DNA of 46,725 nucleotides from the IMG/VR virus record IMGVR_UViG_2684622578_000003; one strand, written 5' to 3'. Within the stretch, counting starts at the first letter, position 1; the number at the start of each line of letters is the position of its first letter. Origin of the DNA: a virus. Taxonomy: Duplodnaviria; Heunggongvirae; Uroviricota; Caudoviricetes. Positions 45,442 through 46,725 of this stretch are shown here, one piece after another. The notes below the pieces were generated by a model. That model searched no databases, was not told the origin of the DNA, and saw only the letters and a list, made by a program, of their open reading frames with translations. The position numbers and the translations under genes were made by a program.

Positions 45442-46725
45442 ATGGATTTCCAGTTATATTCGCTCGGCGCAGCGTTAGTGTTTCATGAAATATTTTTTCC
45501 TGAATCATCAACGGCAATGGCGTTAATTCTGGCAATGGGAACCTACGGTGCAGGTTATGTGGCGCGTATTGTCGGAGCATTTATTTTCGGCAAAATGGGC
45601 GACAGAATAGGGCGTAAAAAAGTGCTCTTTATTACCATCACCATGATGGGGATCTGTACCACCTTAATTGGTGTGTTACCGACCTATGCACAGATTGGTG
45701 TTTTTGCACCCATCTTGCTGGTGACGTTGCGTATTATTCAGGGGTTGGGTGCAGGTGCGGAAATTTCCGGTGCCGGTACGATGCTGGCGGAATATGCGCC
45801 AAAAGGTAAGCGCGGAATTATCTCCTCATTTGTGGCTATGGGAACTAACTGCGGAACCTTGAGCGCAACGGCAATCTGGGCCTTTATGTTCTTCATTCTC
45901 AGTAAAGAGGAACTGCTGGCGTGGGGATGGCGTATACCGTTCCTGGCGAGCGTTGTCGTGATGGTCTTTGCTATCTGGTTACGTATGAATCTGAAAGAAA
46001 GCCCGGTCTTTGAGAAGGTTAATGACAGCAACCAACCCACAGCAAAACCTGCACCTGCTGGTAGCATGTTCCAGAGCAAATCCTTCTGGCTGGCAACAGG
46101 GCTGCGTTTTGGTCAGGCGGGTAACTCCGGGTTAATTCAGACTTTCCTTGCAGGCTATTTAGTGCAGACGTTATTGTTTAACAAAGCAATTCCAACAGAT
46201 GCATTGATGATTAGTTCGATTCTCGGCTTTATGACCATTCCGTTCCTTGGTTGGTTATCCGATAAAATTGGTCGCCGGATCCCGTATATTATTATGAATA
46301 CCTCCGCGATTGTGCTGGCATGGCCAATGCTTTCTATCATTGTAGATAAAAGCTATGCCCCGAGCACCATTATGGTTGCACTGATTGTGATTCATAACTG
46401 TGCGGTGCTGGGATTATTTGCTCTGGAAAACATTACCATGGCAGAAATGTTCGGCTGTAAAAACCGCTTTACCCGGATGGCTATTTCTAAAGAAATTGGT
46501 GGTCTTATCGCTTCCGGTTTTGGTCCTATCCTGGCGGGTATTTTCTGCACCATGACGGAATCCTGGTATCCGATCGCCATTATGATCATGGCATATTCAG
46601 TAATTGGTTTAATCTCTGCGCTGAAAATGCCAGAGGTGAAAGACCGTGATTTAAGTGCGCTGGAAGACGCTGCGGAAGATCAACCGCGTGTTGTAAGAGC
46701 TGCGCAACCTTCCAGAAGTCTGTAA
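45442..46725 (+). CDS. ydfJ: MFS metabolite:H+ symporter family transporter (ShiA/KgtP-like), apparently lacking the first TM helix; YdfJ-like
   Basis: 427-aa ORF with multiple TM helices and GxxxDRxGRK(K) MFS motif (GKMGDRIGRKK) near its N-terminus; compared with ShiA the first about 40 aa are missing; ORF ends at the window end with a stop. Confidence 0.8.
   Translation: MDFQLYSLGAALVFHEIFFPESSTAMALILAMGTYGAGYVARIVGAFIFGKMGDRIGRKKVLFITITMMGICTTLIGVLPTYAQIGVFAPILLVTLRIIQGLGAGAEISGAGTMLAEYAPKGKRGIISSFVAMGTNCGTLSATAIWAFMFFILSKEELLAWGWRIPFLASVVVMVFAIWLRMNLKESPVFEKVNDSNQPTAKPAPAGSMFQSKSFWLATGLRFGQAGNSGLIQTFLAGYLVQTLLFNKAIPTDALMISSILGFMTIPFLGWLSDKIGRRIPYIIMNTSAIVLAWPMLSIIVDKSYAPSTIMVALIVIHNCAVLGLFALENITMAEMFGCKNRFTRMAISKEIGGLIASGFGPILAGIFCTMTESWYPIAIMIMAYSVIGLISALKMPEVKDRDLSALEDAAEDQPRVVRAAQPSRSL

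Noticed and set aside
45269-45478. 69-aa plus-strand ORF just upstream of the MFS gene
   Set aside because: Lys/Arg-rich low-complexity translation in AT-rich junction DNA; different frame from the transporter and no RBS; probably non-coding att/junction sequence.

Overview
Nearly the whole window (about 1..45440) is one lambdoid prophage, a mosaic of Qin/DicA-type early genes, a phage-21-type lysis cassette and a lambda-type head and tail module, ending at a 5'-truncated MFS transporter gene (ydfJ-like, 45442..46725). Order left to right: int and xis (minus strand), a large RecE-like exonuclease, ydfD, dicB, DicF sRNA, ydfA, the dicA/dicC repressor switch, an O-like replication gene with internal iterons, a two-gene cassette of unknown function (8789..10782), hokD, rem, ydfU, Q antiterminator, cspB-like gene, pinholin/SAR endolysin/Rz-Rz1, cspI-like gene, gnsB, ydfO, cos, then Nu1-A-W-B-C-D-E-FI-FII-Z-U-V-G/T-H-M-L-K-I-J, lom, stf, tfa, pin invertase and ydfK. 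The best candidate for an undescribed system is the 8789..10782 cassette: no motif I can recognise, the first gene is markedly low-GC, and it sits where I recall relBE in the K-12 Qin prophage. Gene names and all similarity statements are from reading the translations against remembered sequences; no database search was run. No tRNA, rRNA, CRISPR array or IS element was recognised.
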